From the NCBI GenBank assembly GCA_002633005.1, contig NMRA01000513.1, positions 1 through 64,000 of the forward strand: a stretch of 64,000 nt of DNA. Direction: 5' to 3'. Below, piece after piece: positions 52,197 to 64,000 of this stretch. The notes under the pieces are model-generated. The model worked only from the letters and a program-made list of their open reading frames with translations, searched no databases and was not told the DNA's origin. Within the stretch, counting starts at the first letter, position 1. Each line of letters opens with the position of its first letter. The position numbers and the translations under genes were made by a program. This DNA is from Phoronis australis. Taxonomy: Eukaryota > Animalia > Phoronida.

Positions 52197-54975
52197 ATAC
52201 ACCTTATTCACGTTAAGATAAAAAATACACTCGATACAGATTTACGCTTAAGGAGACTCCGTGAAGGACCCGAAGAGTCTGCTGACCACGGAGCCACCAG
52301 AAAATAACAAATACAGTGTTACAGGTAATCAGAATTACAAAGATTAGGTGATTATGTAATTTAGAACTGTTTGTGAAGAGACTAGGAGAGATTATCGAAG
52401 ATAGTTACACACAAAGCAGTTGGGAATAGTGCACTCAAGTTCATAACTTTCAAAATAAACATTTTTAAAATGATTTATAACAGATGATAACGAATGGGTA
52501 AACAGTTTTGGGAGACACTTTCAGGAAGGTTATTGATGATATGAGGTAGGGCATTGCGAACTGAATCTTCAGCAAATGATTTAGTACAACGAGGAGTTAA
52601 TTTTTTGTAGAAGATATCGTTGCCTAGTGTAATGTTCATGAACAGACCCACGGTTTATTAAATTGAACGTGTTGAATAATGAAGGTAAGTAATTATGAAC
52701 ATATTTGTAGAAAAATTTAACAATAGCAACAACAGTCCTTAATAGTCTGTGTAGTCTTAAATAAAGGATCTGTATGGGCATTAAAATAACTAGAGGTAAT
52801 ATTGCGAATAACCTTTTTCTGTAATTTGAATATTGTACTATGTTCACCCCCATAGCAAAATTCCATAATTAAACTGAGGAAGGACAAGACCATTATATAC
52901 AGTTTTCAAAGTTTCAAAGGGTAAGAAATGTTTTAGTTTATTAAAAACACCACAGAATCTGCTTATTTTTCTCAAAAAATTGTTCATGAATGGACTCCAT
53001 AACAAGTTTTCGTTGATGGTAACACCAAGTAAATTGCAAGAACAAACTCTTTCAATTTCCAAGTTATTAAAATCATCAATATATTTTGGAGGTTTATGAA
53101 AAACCATAAATTTTGTTTTAGTTGCATTTAAAACCAGTCCATTTACATTTAACCAAGACTGAATTTTCTCCAGCTTTGCACAAAACATATGTGACTCATT
53201 CACAGACAGCGCGCTATAAATACCATAAATAACAGTAGTATCATCAGCATAAAGTATGCAATCAAAGAAACTTGTGCACTTCACATAATCATTCATATAA
53301 ATGACGAATAATCACGTACCCAATATAGACCCCTGCGAGACACCTCGTAGAATTGGAACTGTGTTAGATTTTGTGTTGTTAATTTGAACATACTGAGCCC
53401 GATTAGAGAAATAGTTTCTCAAGAAACTTAAAGACCAGGGGTTACAACTATAATATAGAAGTTTGTCAAGTAAAATTGAATGATTCCAAGAGTCAGAAGC
53501 TTTGGAAAGATCAACTAGAATGGCCAGTGGCAATTTATTATTTCCCATAGCCCTGACAATTCTATCCATAGTTTCAGCTAAAGCCAGTTCTGTCGAGTGC
53601 CCCCCACAAAAAACACACTGGGTGAGATGTAGCAAGCCATTAGATTGAAAAAAATCTTTGAAAAGCAAGGAAGAACAGAGATAGGCCTGCAATTATCTAA
53701 GAACAACGGGTCCTCTTTTTAAATACAGGCAATTTCCATATTGTCTGGAAAAAAATTGGTTGAAAATGGACTGATTAAACACAACACACAATGGTTCAAT
53801 CAATAGGTTACTTAGACATTTTATTACTTTCATAGATATGCCATCATGACCACAAGTAGGTTTAGCTGGAAAAGAATAAATCACTTTTCTAATATCAATT
53901 GCAGAAACTGATTCAAAGTCAAATCTGCATGTAGCAGCGGAGTCATGATCTAAAAATGACATATGTGACATACTTGAAGACAGAGTAGGCAGGGAGTGTG
54001 AGGCAATATTACTAAAATAATTATTAACATGATCAACAATCTCACCCTCGTCACAAACCATTTCATCATTTATGTTAAATCTAGTAAGATTATTTGATAA
54101 GATATTATTATTCAGTAAATTATTAATTTCATTCCAAGTGTCCTTGGGAGAACCAACATGGGCCCGAAAGTGTTTGTGATAGTAAAATCTCTTAGCACTT
54201 TTCACATTTTTTTTAAATAATGTTATAGGTTTTTAGGTTTGTTTTTAATGAGACAAAGTTACTAGCACTTTGAGGGGTTGACTAGAGTCGTTTGTATAGC
54301 TTGTCTCTAAACCTAAGAGAGTTTAAAATACCTTGGGAGACCCAAAGATTCTTTTTGTGCTTACATTTATTGAATCTTACTTTTCTTACTTTATTGAACT
54401 TATTTAAACAAGCAAGAACAGAGTCCGAAAGTAAATTATAATTCATACTGGGGTCACCATCCAAATTTGTATCCATGTGAGGAAGTACAGTGTATGACGA
54501 AAATTCATCGTACACCTTTTTCAAACAATCGTCATTCATGACATTTCTGTAAGCAAATTTGGGGGCTCTTGCCTTTTTTACTGTTCTCTTAAAACAAGAG
54601 AAAATAGGTAAATGATCAGAGATATTAGAAAAATAGATCCCGGAAACTGGATCAATGTTAGAACAGCTAATAAATTTGTAGAAAATGTTGTCATAAGGGA
54701 AGCGGAAAACTCAGAGAAACGTGTGGGAAATGAAATCGTCGGAGAAAAACCATTTAATGACAGTGTTGTAGAATTCTCCAAACAAGGGCCTCTCATCCAC
54801 TTTTAAGAGATTGATATTAAAATCACCTGCCAAAATGACATGACAGTTGGTTTGGCCAAGTTTATTAACCAATGGATTAAAATTATCTAGAAATATCCGT
54901 ATGTTTAAATTGTCATTTTCTTTGGGGGGTTTATAAATATTGCCAAGAATAAAATTTTTCTTATGAATGTGTGTT
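52150..54975 (-). mobile_element. 5'-truncated CR1/L2-group LINE, ORF2 (AP endonuclease + reverse transcriptase) fragmented by frameshifts, (TAC)n tail
   Basis: ILGNIYKPP and VILAGDFNINLL (endonuclease), LVDLSKASDS, GVSQGSILG, LYADDT (RT), YGILLWG; (agt)n microsatellite at 52150-52196 at the 3' end. Confidence 0.93.
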
Positions 54976-54997
54976 ACCCTACACCATGTCACAGATG

Positions 54998-55545
54998 TGT
55001 AACGAACGAAAAATGGCGCCGTTTCTTTTTTCCGTTACAACAATGGCGTTACCACTCCACGGCACTAAATATGTAAATAATTTTGTATAGCGGCGTACAA
55101 TTCAGTTATTGTTAAGAATATAGCAATGATAATTATAAACTAGAATTTAGACCATATTGTTGTTCAGATTGCTTTGTACCTTACAATTTCCTCTTTAAGA
55201 TGAAAGGCTAAACATCATTAAAGTCTAACTTCAACGGAATTTTATTATTTTAGATGTACTGTGATACCCAGATACATGTAGTCCTAGCACAGCCTTAGTA
55301 AAATAAGAGAACGCCAGTTCAATCACTCGAATTTAAGCTCGTCAAATGATAAGTGAAGCTGCCTTTTCGTGCCATGTTGCGTCACCGCGAGATCCCAGCA
55401 CAAACAACAAAAGGTTGTAATGATTAGGAGTCAGAATAGAACACTATTGCGCCCTGCGGGTGTTATTCGCAGCTGTTTGAATCAAAAGGTGATTCTCGCG
55501 GTGACGTAGACAATAGCGAGCCACTACGTCTAACAGTTCGTTACA
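54998..55545. mobile_element. Candidate solo LTR or MITE abutting the LINE 5' break
   Basis: Perfect 10-bp inverted termini TGTAACGAAC ... GTTCGTTACA (TG...CA); no clean TSD. Confidence 0.4.
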
Positions 55546-56372
55546 TTTGACAATTTATGGCACTAGTGGGTTCAGAGCGATGCTCTTAACATACTGTAGG
55601 AACCAAATTCACATGTGTTACCGTTAAAGAAAGGCTTAAAGCTTGGAAAACGAGTGACGGTTCAATCCACCGCCGTGTTGTCACAAAACGATACAGGAAG
55701 TGACCTTTAACACAATTTCACAAAAAGCTGCAAAATGGAGGTAGTCGATTCCAAAATAAGGCCCTCTCTCCGTGTGCGGCCCCTTTAGAATTTGCCAATA
55801 AAAGCACAAAAGGGCGCCAATTAAATATCATCAATGCCATCCTTCAAGGTCGGGGCCTGTGAATAAGAAAATATCTATATTTTTTCGAAAATCAAGAAGT
55901 GCGCAACAATTGATGTCAGGTTATCAATTTTTCTCAACTGATATACACTTTCGACAAAAATATATTGACTGTTGTCTCCGTTATCGCTTGCCAGAGAGGA
56001 GCCTCTAGAAAAATATAGTTTTGCGTTCGCAAAACTGACTTCTTGAATTTAAAAATCCAATAAATTAGTACGCAACGCAAGAGCTTCTTTACAAAACTTT
56101 CTCGATTTTTTGAAGTTTATGTACGAGTATGAATGGTTACGTGCACATTTTCAAGTGCGTTTAGACGACCTGTGCTGCAAAAGCGGAGACCCTAACAATG
56201 TCCTGGCCAGGGTTCTCATCAAAAAGTAAACCATGCACTGTTGTTAAATGTTCTCAGCTCGGATAATCCAGAAGATCACCGTCAAAGGTTCCGGTAAAGG
56301 AAGCCTGCTTGTTTGACGAATTCACCAACCAAATACTGTACATGTACGTTCCTAGATGGAATCAAATTATAA

Positions 56373-56495
56373 GAATCACGGGCAATAGTCTGATATAACG
56401 TGCCTGCATTTTGAGAACCAGTTTGATGCCCGTTATTTAGTGGAGAAAACTGGTTCTCAAAATTCAGGCATGCTATATCAGACCATTACCGATTC
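56373..56495. repeat. Small palindromic element; partial relative at ~39985-40036
   Basis: gtctgatata...ttttgagaaccagttt / aaactggttctcaaaa...tatatcagac; loop atgcccgttat shared with the second copy. Confidence 0.7.
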
Positions 56496-59400
56496 AGTAA
56501 TTGCACCAGATCTATTAAAATACAAATAGGCTTGCTCCGAACTTACTGTTACTATACTTCCGGTGTTACAACAGGTTGGACATAGCCGTGAAGCGCTTTA
56601 AGTAGTAAACTGTCTACTCATAAATCGAGCGAATAAGAAGTACATTTACGTGCCACTGAGTGTACTGGCTTAGAAATATTAGCAGACTCATCGTCAAAAT
56701 GCTATGGATCACGTGGTACTTCAGGAACGGTTCCTGGCTCCGAAACATTAACCGGCTCAACATCAAAATGCTGTGAAATATACGTCAGCTCGGGACATAA
56801 AATATTCACCTACATACATGTACATGTATCTTTTATTGTCGTCCGACACATCAATTTCAGTACCAGCTCAACTTTCCATGCCAAAAAACTCGCTCTCTAG
56901 CATGAGCCATCTCTAATTCCAATAAGAGCTGAATTTTATGTGATTCTACTCTCTTAGAATCTAGTTCAGCTGTCCTTTTAATCGACGACTGTCACCTGGT
57001 CCTGGTTCACTCATGGCTTGCTTTCAAGTCGCGGCTAAGGTCACGTCTGCTCTAAAACTTTCTGTACCGGTATGTTGGGCAGCAGATTCCCGCCGTCGGT
57101 GGTCAGTCAGAAACCAGTGCTGCTCACCTTTGTTGGTTCTTCTTGAAGTTTTTGAAAACGGCGATTTTCAAAGAAATTAGGAATGTTTCAAAACCCACTT
57201 GGCTTTAGGCTTATAGTAATTATCTGTACTGTTCACGTTTGATCAAATTAATTAGATCTGTCATTGAAAAAGGCCAATAAAGCAACTCCCTACTCTGTTT
57301 CCGCTTCCACCAAATGATTAAACTCTCGAAGTCTGCTCTAGTCTTTGAATTGCATACAAGTAAAATCTTGTTCATCAGCTAACTGTTGAGATCTTTTCAC
57401 ATATCGCGACATCAACTAACGGCAAAATTACTCGGTGATGAAATGGCGTCGAGAATAAGACACTTTGTGATGTTGATATTTCTGCATATACTGCCGCCTT
57501 CTTTCCTTAAAAGGATAACAGATCCGGTTTTGGCCTATTAACAGCCTAAGATCCCATTATCTGAAACAAAATAACGGCCTCTAACCCATGAAATTTTGGA
57601 AGAAAATTTGTAAACTTTCAAAGTCTGCTAAATGGGCAAGCGGGACCTTCACTTTTATCGAATTACACGACCTCAGTGGGAAAGGACCACCCACCAAGGA
57701 CCGCAATATTCGATTTGTGAGATAGCGATTACGAGTGTTTAGTTGATGCCCGCCTTTATCGTTGACGATTGACGGTAATGATGCATTAGCAAACAACAGA
57801 ACGAAGATTGATTAAAATCATGAAAGCAGGGTTTATTATCTTTATAAAGGACTTTCTGTAATCGTTAGCAGGTGTTACTGTATATTGCTTCGTTTAATTA
57901 GGCCATGCAACTATACCACAGGAAGGATTTTCATTGGCAAGATGTGAGCAAATTCGCAGTTTACTTTTTTCTGTACGGTTGCAGTACTGTTTGCTTCAGT
58001 GTCAGCGTTCACTGCTTGTAGACTCAAGTTTTCATTGAAGTGGTTGACATGATTTGCAAGAGGCTTGTCTTGCTCTCAAAACAAAGACGTCGAGCTTCAC
58101 TGGTTTATTATAGAGTCTTAAGCAGCATGTTGCAATAGGCATGCGCACCTGGCACTTGCAACATCAAGAACAGTAAAACGAGGACCAGAAAGTTAAAAAC
58201 CTTTCCCGTGTCCCACTTGATACTAGTTACATTCAAATTCCCGCTTCAAGTTCAAAGCAATTGCGCAAATGCGGGTTCAGGGTAGACGCAGTCATTCAAA
58301 AGCCACTGACTTGCAAATTACTATTCAAAGCGGCAACACTCGCTCAGGTACATGTTCCAATGCAGTTAGTTAGTTAAAGGAGTCGCTAGGTGTAGCATCG
58401 TTACAGTGCTATAACGGTATGCCCTATTGCTGGGAAGTACAGTTATCCACGCTGTTTAATAGTAAGTACATGAACTGTGGTTTTCTCGCCAAGGCCAGGC
58501 GCTTTCAAACTTGGAATTGAAAGTGTTCGCCAAATACAGGTACAGTGTATGTTTTTCAACCAGTGTGGATTTGTGGATTGACGTGCATGAGTGTACATGT
58601 GTGTGCGTTTCCGTCCTTTTAAATTCAGCAGAAGCCGACGGTAAGTTAAATATAGGAAGTCCTTCGTCGTTGCTCAAAAAACAAAAATTAACTATAACCG
58701 TGTTTGCTTGCTCTGAGAAAAACACCGATGAGCACGTTCACATTTTCGGGGAAAATAGGTATAGACCCAATAAAAATTTCATCAATTGAGATAGACTTCT
58801 CTTGTCACTAGTGTCAATGGTGCACAGCCTCTCAGACTTTATACAAGCAACTAACTTGGTGGAAAAGTTTTCCAAGGTTAGATGACACAATTCCGAAGGT
58901 TCGCTACTCTGAAGGTCCATTACTGCGAAGATTCGCCACTTTCGAAAGTTCACTACTCCTAATGTCCATACTTCCAAAACCTGCCCCAGGAGTTGCTCAG
59001 CACCACATCCAGATTCTAATTCACAACCTTGCACATATTCACTAGTAAGACCGAGTTCAGATGAGCAGGAGACACCTCAAACCACTGGGCTGCACAGTTC
59101 ATTACTCTGATTGTCGTAACAAACATGAATAAATTGTTGTTTATGTGTCCATTTAGTAACCATTTAAAGGGTGCCCGAACGTTGACTAGTTCTTAATACA
59201 TTGATTTAGTTGTTTACAAATGAGCTCGGTTACAGTCACTGCCAAAGTCTAGATCCAAGCAGGTTTTTTTAGTAAAAAAAGTTCGCTAAAGGGAGGTTGT
59301 TTTGAAAACTCAGAAGTTAGCGCCTTGGTCTACGTATTTTTGTAAAAATCACTGTGTGGGGAGTTGCTGGCGTACAGTGGTGGGGGTAATTTGTCAACGG

Positions 59401-60749
59401 AATCACGGACACCCTGAAATATTGGGAACCCTATTTTGGACACCCTATTTTCGAAATCCTGGATGAATCCCTGAATACAAATTGAACATGCTTTAAACAA
59501 GGCAAGTTTAAATACTTTAAACGAAAAACTGTGATACCTATGTATGGTGAGGATTGTGAGTTGTGAGTTGAATCAAATGTGAAATGTCGCTCCATGAGAT
59601 ATTATGAAAATTAAGTGGAACAATGCCTCACGGTTTCTTCAGGGGACCTGCTTCTATGACCAGTTAGGGACTCCTCCGAAGAATTTGTATAGGCGATTCG
59701 ACTAAACCACTCATTCTAAAAGTACTAGTACGGATGACGAGAAAAGGTTTAAACACTACAATTTGACTCATTTTACCGGGAGCAATCACAAGAAAATTTG
59801 CTGACACTTTTATCATCATTTTGAATTTGATCATAGCTTACGGTTACTTTGTTAATTAATGTGTTTATATTTTAGTTTCAACTTGATTGTGACGCAAGAT
59901 AAACCAATTAAGGTAATTTAGGTAATTTAAGGTTTACCAGAAGGATGAAATAACAAAAAAATCAGGTTTTACTTGTATCACAACGAGGTGAATTTCTTGT
60001 TGCACTGTATTTTAAAACAGATCCAGGTATAATTAATTGTCTTGAGGAACATGTTCTATAAACAGATGTTTATTTTTAATTGCGTCCATCTAATTGCTTG
60101 TGGTGACATATTGTCTAACAGCTGAAGCTGACCTCTGCTCATTCGGACAACAGTACCCAAACAGGTGACATCAGCTCTGAGACTTGCATAATGTTGACCT
60201 CGAGTTCATTGTTCGTGTAATTCTATTTTGAATGAGATTTTCTAATTTAGGTATGTAATTTTTTGATTAACAATGTACATAAATATATATCCTAAATTGT
60301 TTTAACTGATTGGAGATAATACTTTTGGTTGGCTTCAGCACATCTGAAGACAGGAGCAGGCGCTTCCTGTTTAAATCACTACAGTAGCTATTCGAATAAA
60401 TAGCCTACAATGTAAGTTGTTTAATAAGACCTAATTAAGGGACCAATTTTTCTAAGAAACCTGTTCCAATAAATAATACCTACAAAAATTACGCTTTAAT
60501 TCCGCAGTACCTTATTCCCAAGGTCAAGTTGTTTGAGCAATGCCTTACTCCAGATTCACCACTTGTAATTGCCTGACAATTTATTGTTTTAAAACTTTAC
60601 CCATCGTCCTGAAAGCAATTGAAACAATGTAGATTTTCTGAATAACAGGCCATAGACACTATTAATAGAAATGTTTCGAAGACGGCTGGTTACCTGAGCT
60701 GGAACAATACGTCAGCTCTCGTTACGTCACTATGACGTATTAGTCCCGC

Positions 60750-63700
60750 CTGCTTCAGGAGGCCTCAGTGGCTACAGCTGGTATAGCTGATTCCTTTCTT
60801 CAAGCCTCACACTTGACTCGAACAAGACATGCACACCAGGTGACAGCTCTGTCTCTGGCAAAGCTACAGGAAGAACCATTTCTTATTGTAAAAATGAAGG
60901 TGCTGTTTTGGGCTGAGGAGTCTCCAGTAGGAAAAGTGATAGCTCAATGAGAATTCCAAAATTTGAGTTTTGGAATGTTATCTTTCATGTCCAGTTACTG
61001 ATCTTGATGTTCGTCCTTGGTCATGGTGAATGCAACTTTCCGCTGTGCATTGATGTCTTTGAATCTCTTGCGTCCTATTTCTTTGCTCTTGATCTTCAAA
61101 ATTATGCAAGATGGGTCTCTCTCTACATCCAAGACGTGAGTGCTATACCAGTTAACGTACGACAGCATCTGAAGGATGTTTTCAAATACACGGCACAGAT
61201 TCTGTGCTGTTGCAATTGACTAGGCGGATGAAGAAAATAACGCCTTAGTCCAAGACAGTGGTGGGGCTATTGGACTAACTGAAAATCCAAATGATTTGAC
61301 AGGTGAATGGCGTTTGGGTCCGAGCTATAGCCAGGTTGCTGACTGAGTTTGATTGTCAATCGTTTTGAAGACAATAGCGAGGATAAAAACCGCCAAAAAG
61401 ACATTCTTTCCTTCCAGAACAACTTTAAAAACCATGTGAACAGTTCGTGTGGTGTAAGGTGTCAGTTCAGCAAACTAAAGGGAAACACTTTCTTTGACCA
61501 TGGTGATGAACTTATGACGTTAGATACGCTACAGGTCTTCAGACTATCGAAGTGGCTGGAAACAGCAATATGACAACTATAAGCAAACAGTCGTAATTGA
61601 AAAGTCCCAACCAATAAAGACCCCTATCAAGAAAAAACAATTAGTTTGTTGTTTCCAAAACAGTTAACGGGAAGGCAAAAAGAGTGACTCAGCAGCGCAT
61701 GGATGACATCAAGAAAGACTGCAGCTTATATAGTCAGGTTTTTATACCTAGTCAAATTCTAGAAGGATGATTTACTTATACAAGAGAATCATTCTTGGCC
61801 ACCATCCCTGAACCAGAACGATAGTCTCGGTTTACTCTCACAGAAGTCACACTTGCTCAAAATGTTGGAAATTCCTCATCTAGACGTTCCTGAATCCGTC
61901 GATACCAAAGTGTTTGATGGGCCAGCTATTGTGCGCAAATTTTCTCCAAACGAATCAGCGACATTCGGACAGTTCAGTGAAAACTGCTAATTAAGTGGGC
62001 AAATTCTAACCTTCACAACTGCTGCAGAGTTGACATTGTGTTTGATGCTTACATTGAAGACAGCTTGAAGGCCACCGCTGGTAGAGGTACAGGTGATCTT
62101 GCCAAAGTTCCACACCAAACGCAACTGTCTCTATACTTCCAGAATTTCTTGCAAACTCAAAGAACAAAGAGGAATTGTTCATGCTGTTAGCTGAAGATAT
62201 CTTTAGCAATCGCGTATCCTCCAGGACATATATATATGTTACCCACGGTCACTCTGTTCTTTCCTCTGTTTCTGACATACCACCGAGAGTCAGACACCTG
62301 TATGTGCTTGATGTACATTGCGGACGCTTTGATCAAAGGTAATCAGAGAATACTGGTTTCTACAATTGATACTGATGTTGTGGTCGTTCTTCTTGGTGTT
62401 TTTGATCAGCTTAAGGCTTTGCAGCCAGCAATTCAATTACGGGTAGTGGTTATAGCTGGAAAGAACGCACGGGAACTCTTCGTCAAGAGTTTGTTTGACT
62501 AGCTTACAGGTTGTAGGTACGATCTGTGTGTAATACTACCTATGTTCCATGCCTTAACAGAGTTGGACACAACGTCCCAGATCTATGGAAAAGGGAAGAA
62601 AACAGCATGGGAGACATGAAAAGCTTACCGTTATGCTACTCAGGCATTCTCGTGCCGGCAATCAAATCCTTTCAGCAACTCACTGTGGACAATCGGGAAT
62701 TCAAGACAATTGAGACATTTACATGTTTGGTTTATGATCGAAAAGTCAAAACCAGCCAAATCAATACTTTATGAAAGGAGCTTTTCCAACAAAAAGTTCA
62801 GATCATGCCAAATTTATCGCCTACCCAATCTCCTCTGATAAAGCAAGTTAACAAATGCTTGTATCAGGCTGGCAGTCTGATGCCCATCCACGGGAAACCA
62901 AGTCCATAGAGGTTTGGATGGCAGAGTGACAAGGGCCAACAATGCACACCTTACTGGATAGACATGCCTGAAATCTCCAAAGCTGGTGAGCAGCTCATGG
63001 TTGCAAGAGCATACCATTATAGGGCAAGAGATATAAATTAAAAGCAATTCCTAAGCATGCACAACACTTAGCAAATACCGGGGAACATGTCAGTAACATG
63101 GTTTGTTATGGACCAAAGAAACATATGATAATGTTAATTGAATTCTGGGGTCTGCAATGACAATTTGAGATTAATTTGTTTTATTGTATTGATATTATAA
63201 GCAGATGAAAATCGGATTATATGTAGACAGGAGCTAGAAGAAGTATACTAAGGACATTATTGAAAGCTGGCCTCCTGAGTTTTTAGTATACTGTCAAGTT
63301 CTATGCATATATTGGTCTCTTTATCATAACATCAACTGAATTTTCATAATAATTGTACAAATTAATGATAAATCTAATAAATTTTTGGTAAGAAAACTTA
63401 TTTGTTGTTGTATTACTAGTCTTGCACCAGATCAGAATAGATGATTTTATTAAAATTGCAGTTGGTTAGTTAAATTTTGGCGGCCATATTAGAATTATGC
63501 AAATGAGGGGTCTTAATATTATGAGGAAAAGATATTGCGATGTCATTATGATAGATTTCTAGTTAATAAAGTACTATTACCTAGCCTTAAAATGAGTGAT
63601 AATCTCTCAAGCAACCATAGATTTGTTACTGGGCGGCCATTTTGTTTTTTGAGATTTGACCTTGACCTTGACCTCAAAATTTGGGCAACCGATCCCCATG

Positions 63701-63787
63701 AGATTCAGCATGTCAAAAAGTACTTGTGTGCCAAATTTGGTGCTTTAATCCGACGTGTAAATGTTTTCGAGTTAAGGGCCTGGACTA
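60750..63787 (+). mobile_element. Academ-like (XPG-nuclease-bearing) DNA transposon, 5'-truncated pseudogene with right terminus
   Basis: Frameshifted motifs ADSFLQASHLTRTRHAHQVT, FFALDLQNYARWV, GGAIGLTEN, HRESDT...TIDTDVVV, FHALTELDTTSQIYGKGKKTAW (XPG/H3TH-like); terminus ...GGCCTGGACTA at 63787. Confidence 0.7.
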
Positions 63788-64000
63788 TCACAACTGTGTC
63801 CAACTCTGGCGGAGCACTCTCTTGGATCCTGGTGAAAGCAGCTCAAAATACTGCTAAAGGACCAGCTGTGAAAGTAGTCACATATCTTTAGATGGGCATG
63901 AGCTGTCTTTCAATATTTCCTGTGGCGCTTTTTATTGCCTATCTTACCAGAGAGTAACATTTTTGATGTTACTTATCTGTATTCACTATCTTTTCTTGTA

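Noticed and set aside
51888-52307. 139-aa ORF with poly-Val
   Set aside because: The poly-Val is the (gta)n tail of the minus-strand LINE
57000-58250. Possible SWIM/transposase remnants on the minus strand
   Set aside because: Only scattered Cys-containing fragments across frames; too degraded to support a call

Overview
AT-rich, intron-containing animal DNA, most likely a marine invertebrate, from a draft assembly with one 303-N gap and single-N contig joins. The ORF track is largely uninformative because the real genes are spliced. The one clearly intact host gene was reconstructed by hand: a 10-exon, + strand Cys-loop cation-channel subunit (nicotinic acetylcholine receptor family, CDS 19094-39376, 464 aa). 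It is non-alpha type and divergent at ligand-binding and gating residues: no vicinal CC, Tyr-to-Phe in loops A/B/C, M2 9' Val and 13' Phe, and no E45 equivalent. An in-frame stop-containing alternative acceptor could yield an ectodomain-only product. A second spliced gene (11108-13159) encodes an RPA/SSB-like OB-fold protein broken by a single extra T. It lies in a compact ~4 kb block with a convergent decayed ORF that looks like the remnant of an unrecognised mobile or virus-like element. The rest is transposon-derived: MITEs with 5-bp target-site duplications (hAT5-like), a Kolobok-like THAP element, a truncated CR1-type LINE, an Academ-like transposase pseudogene, ORF1, piggyBac-like and Penelope-like relics, tRNA-derived SINE heads, foldback elements and short tandem repeats. 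All protein family assignments come from motif recognition by eye, not database searches.
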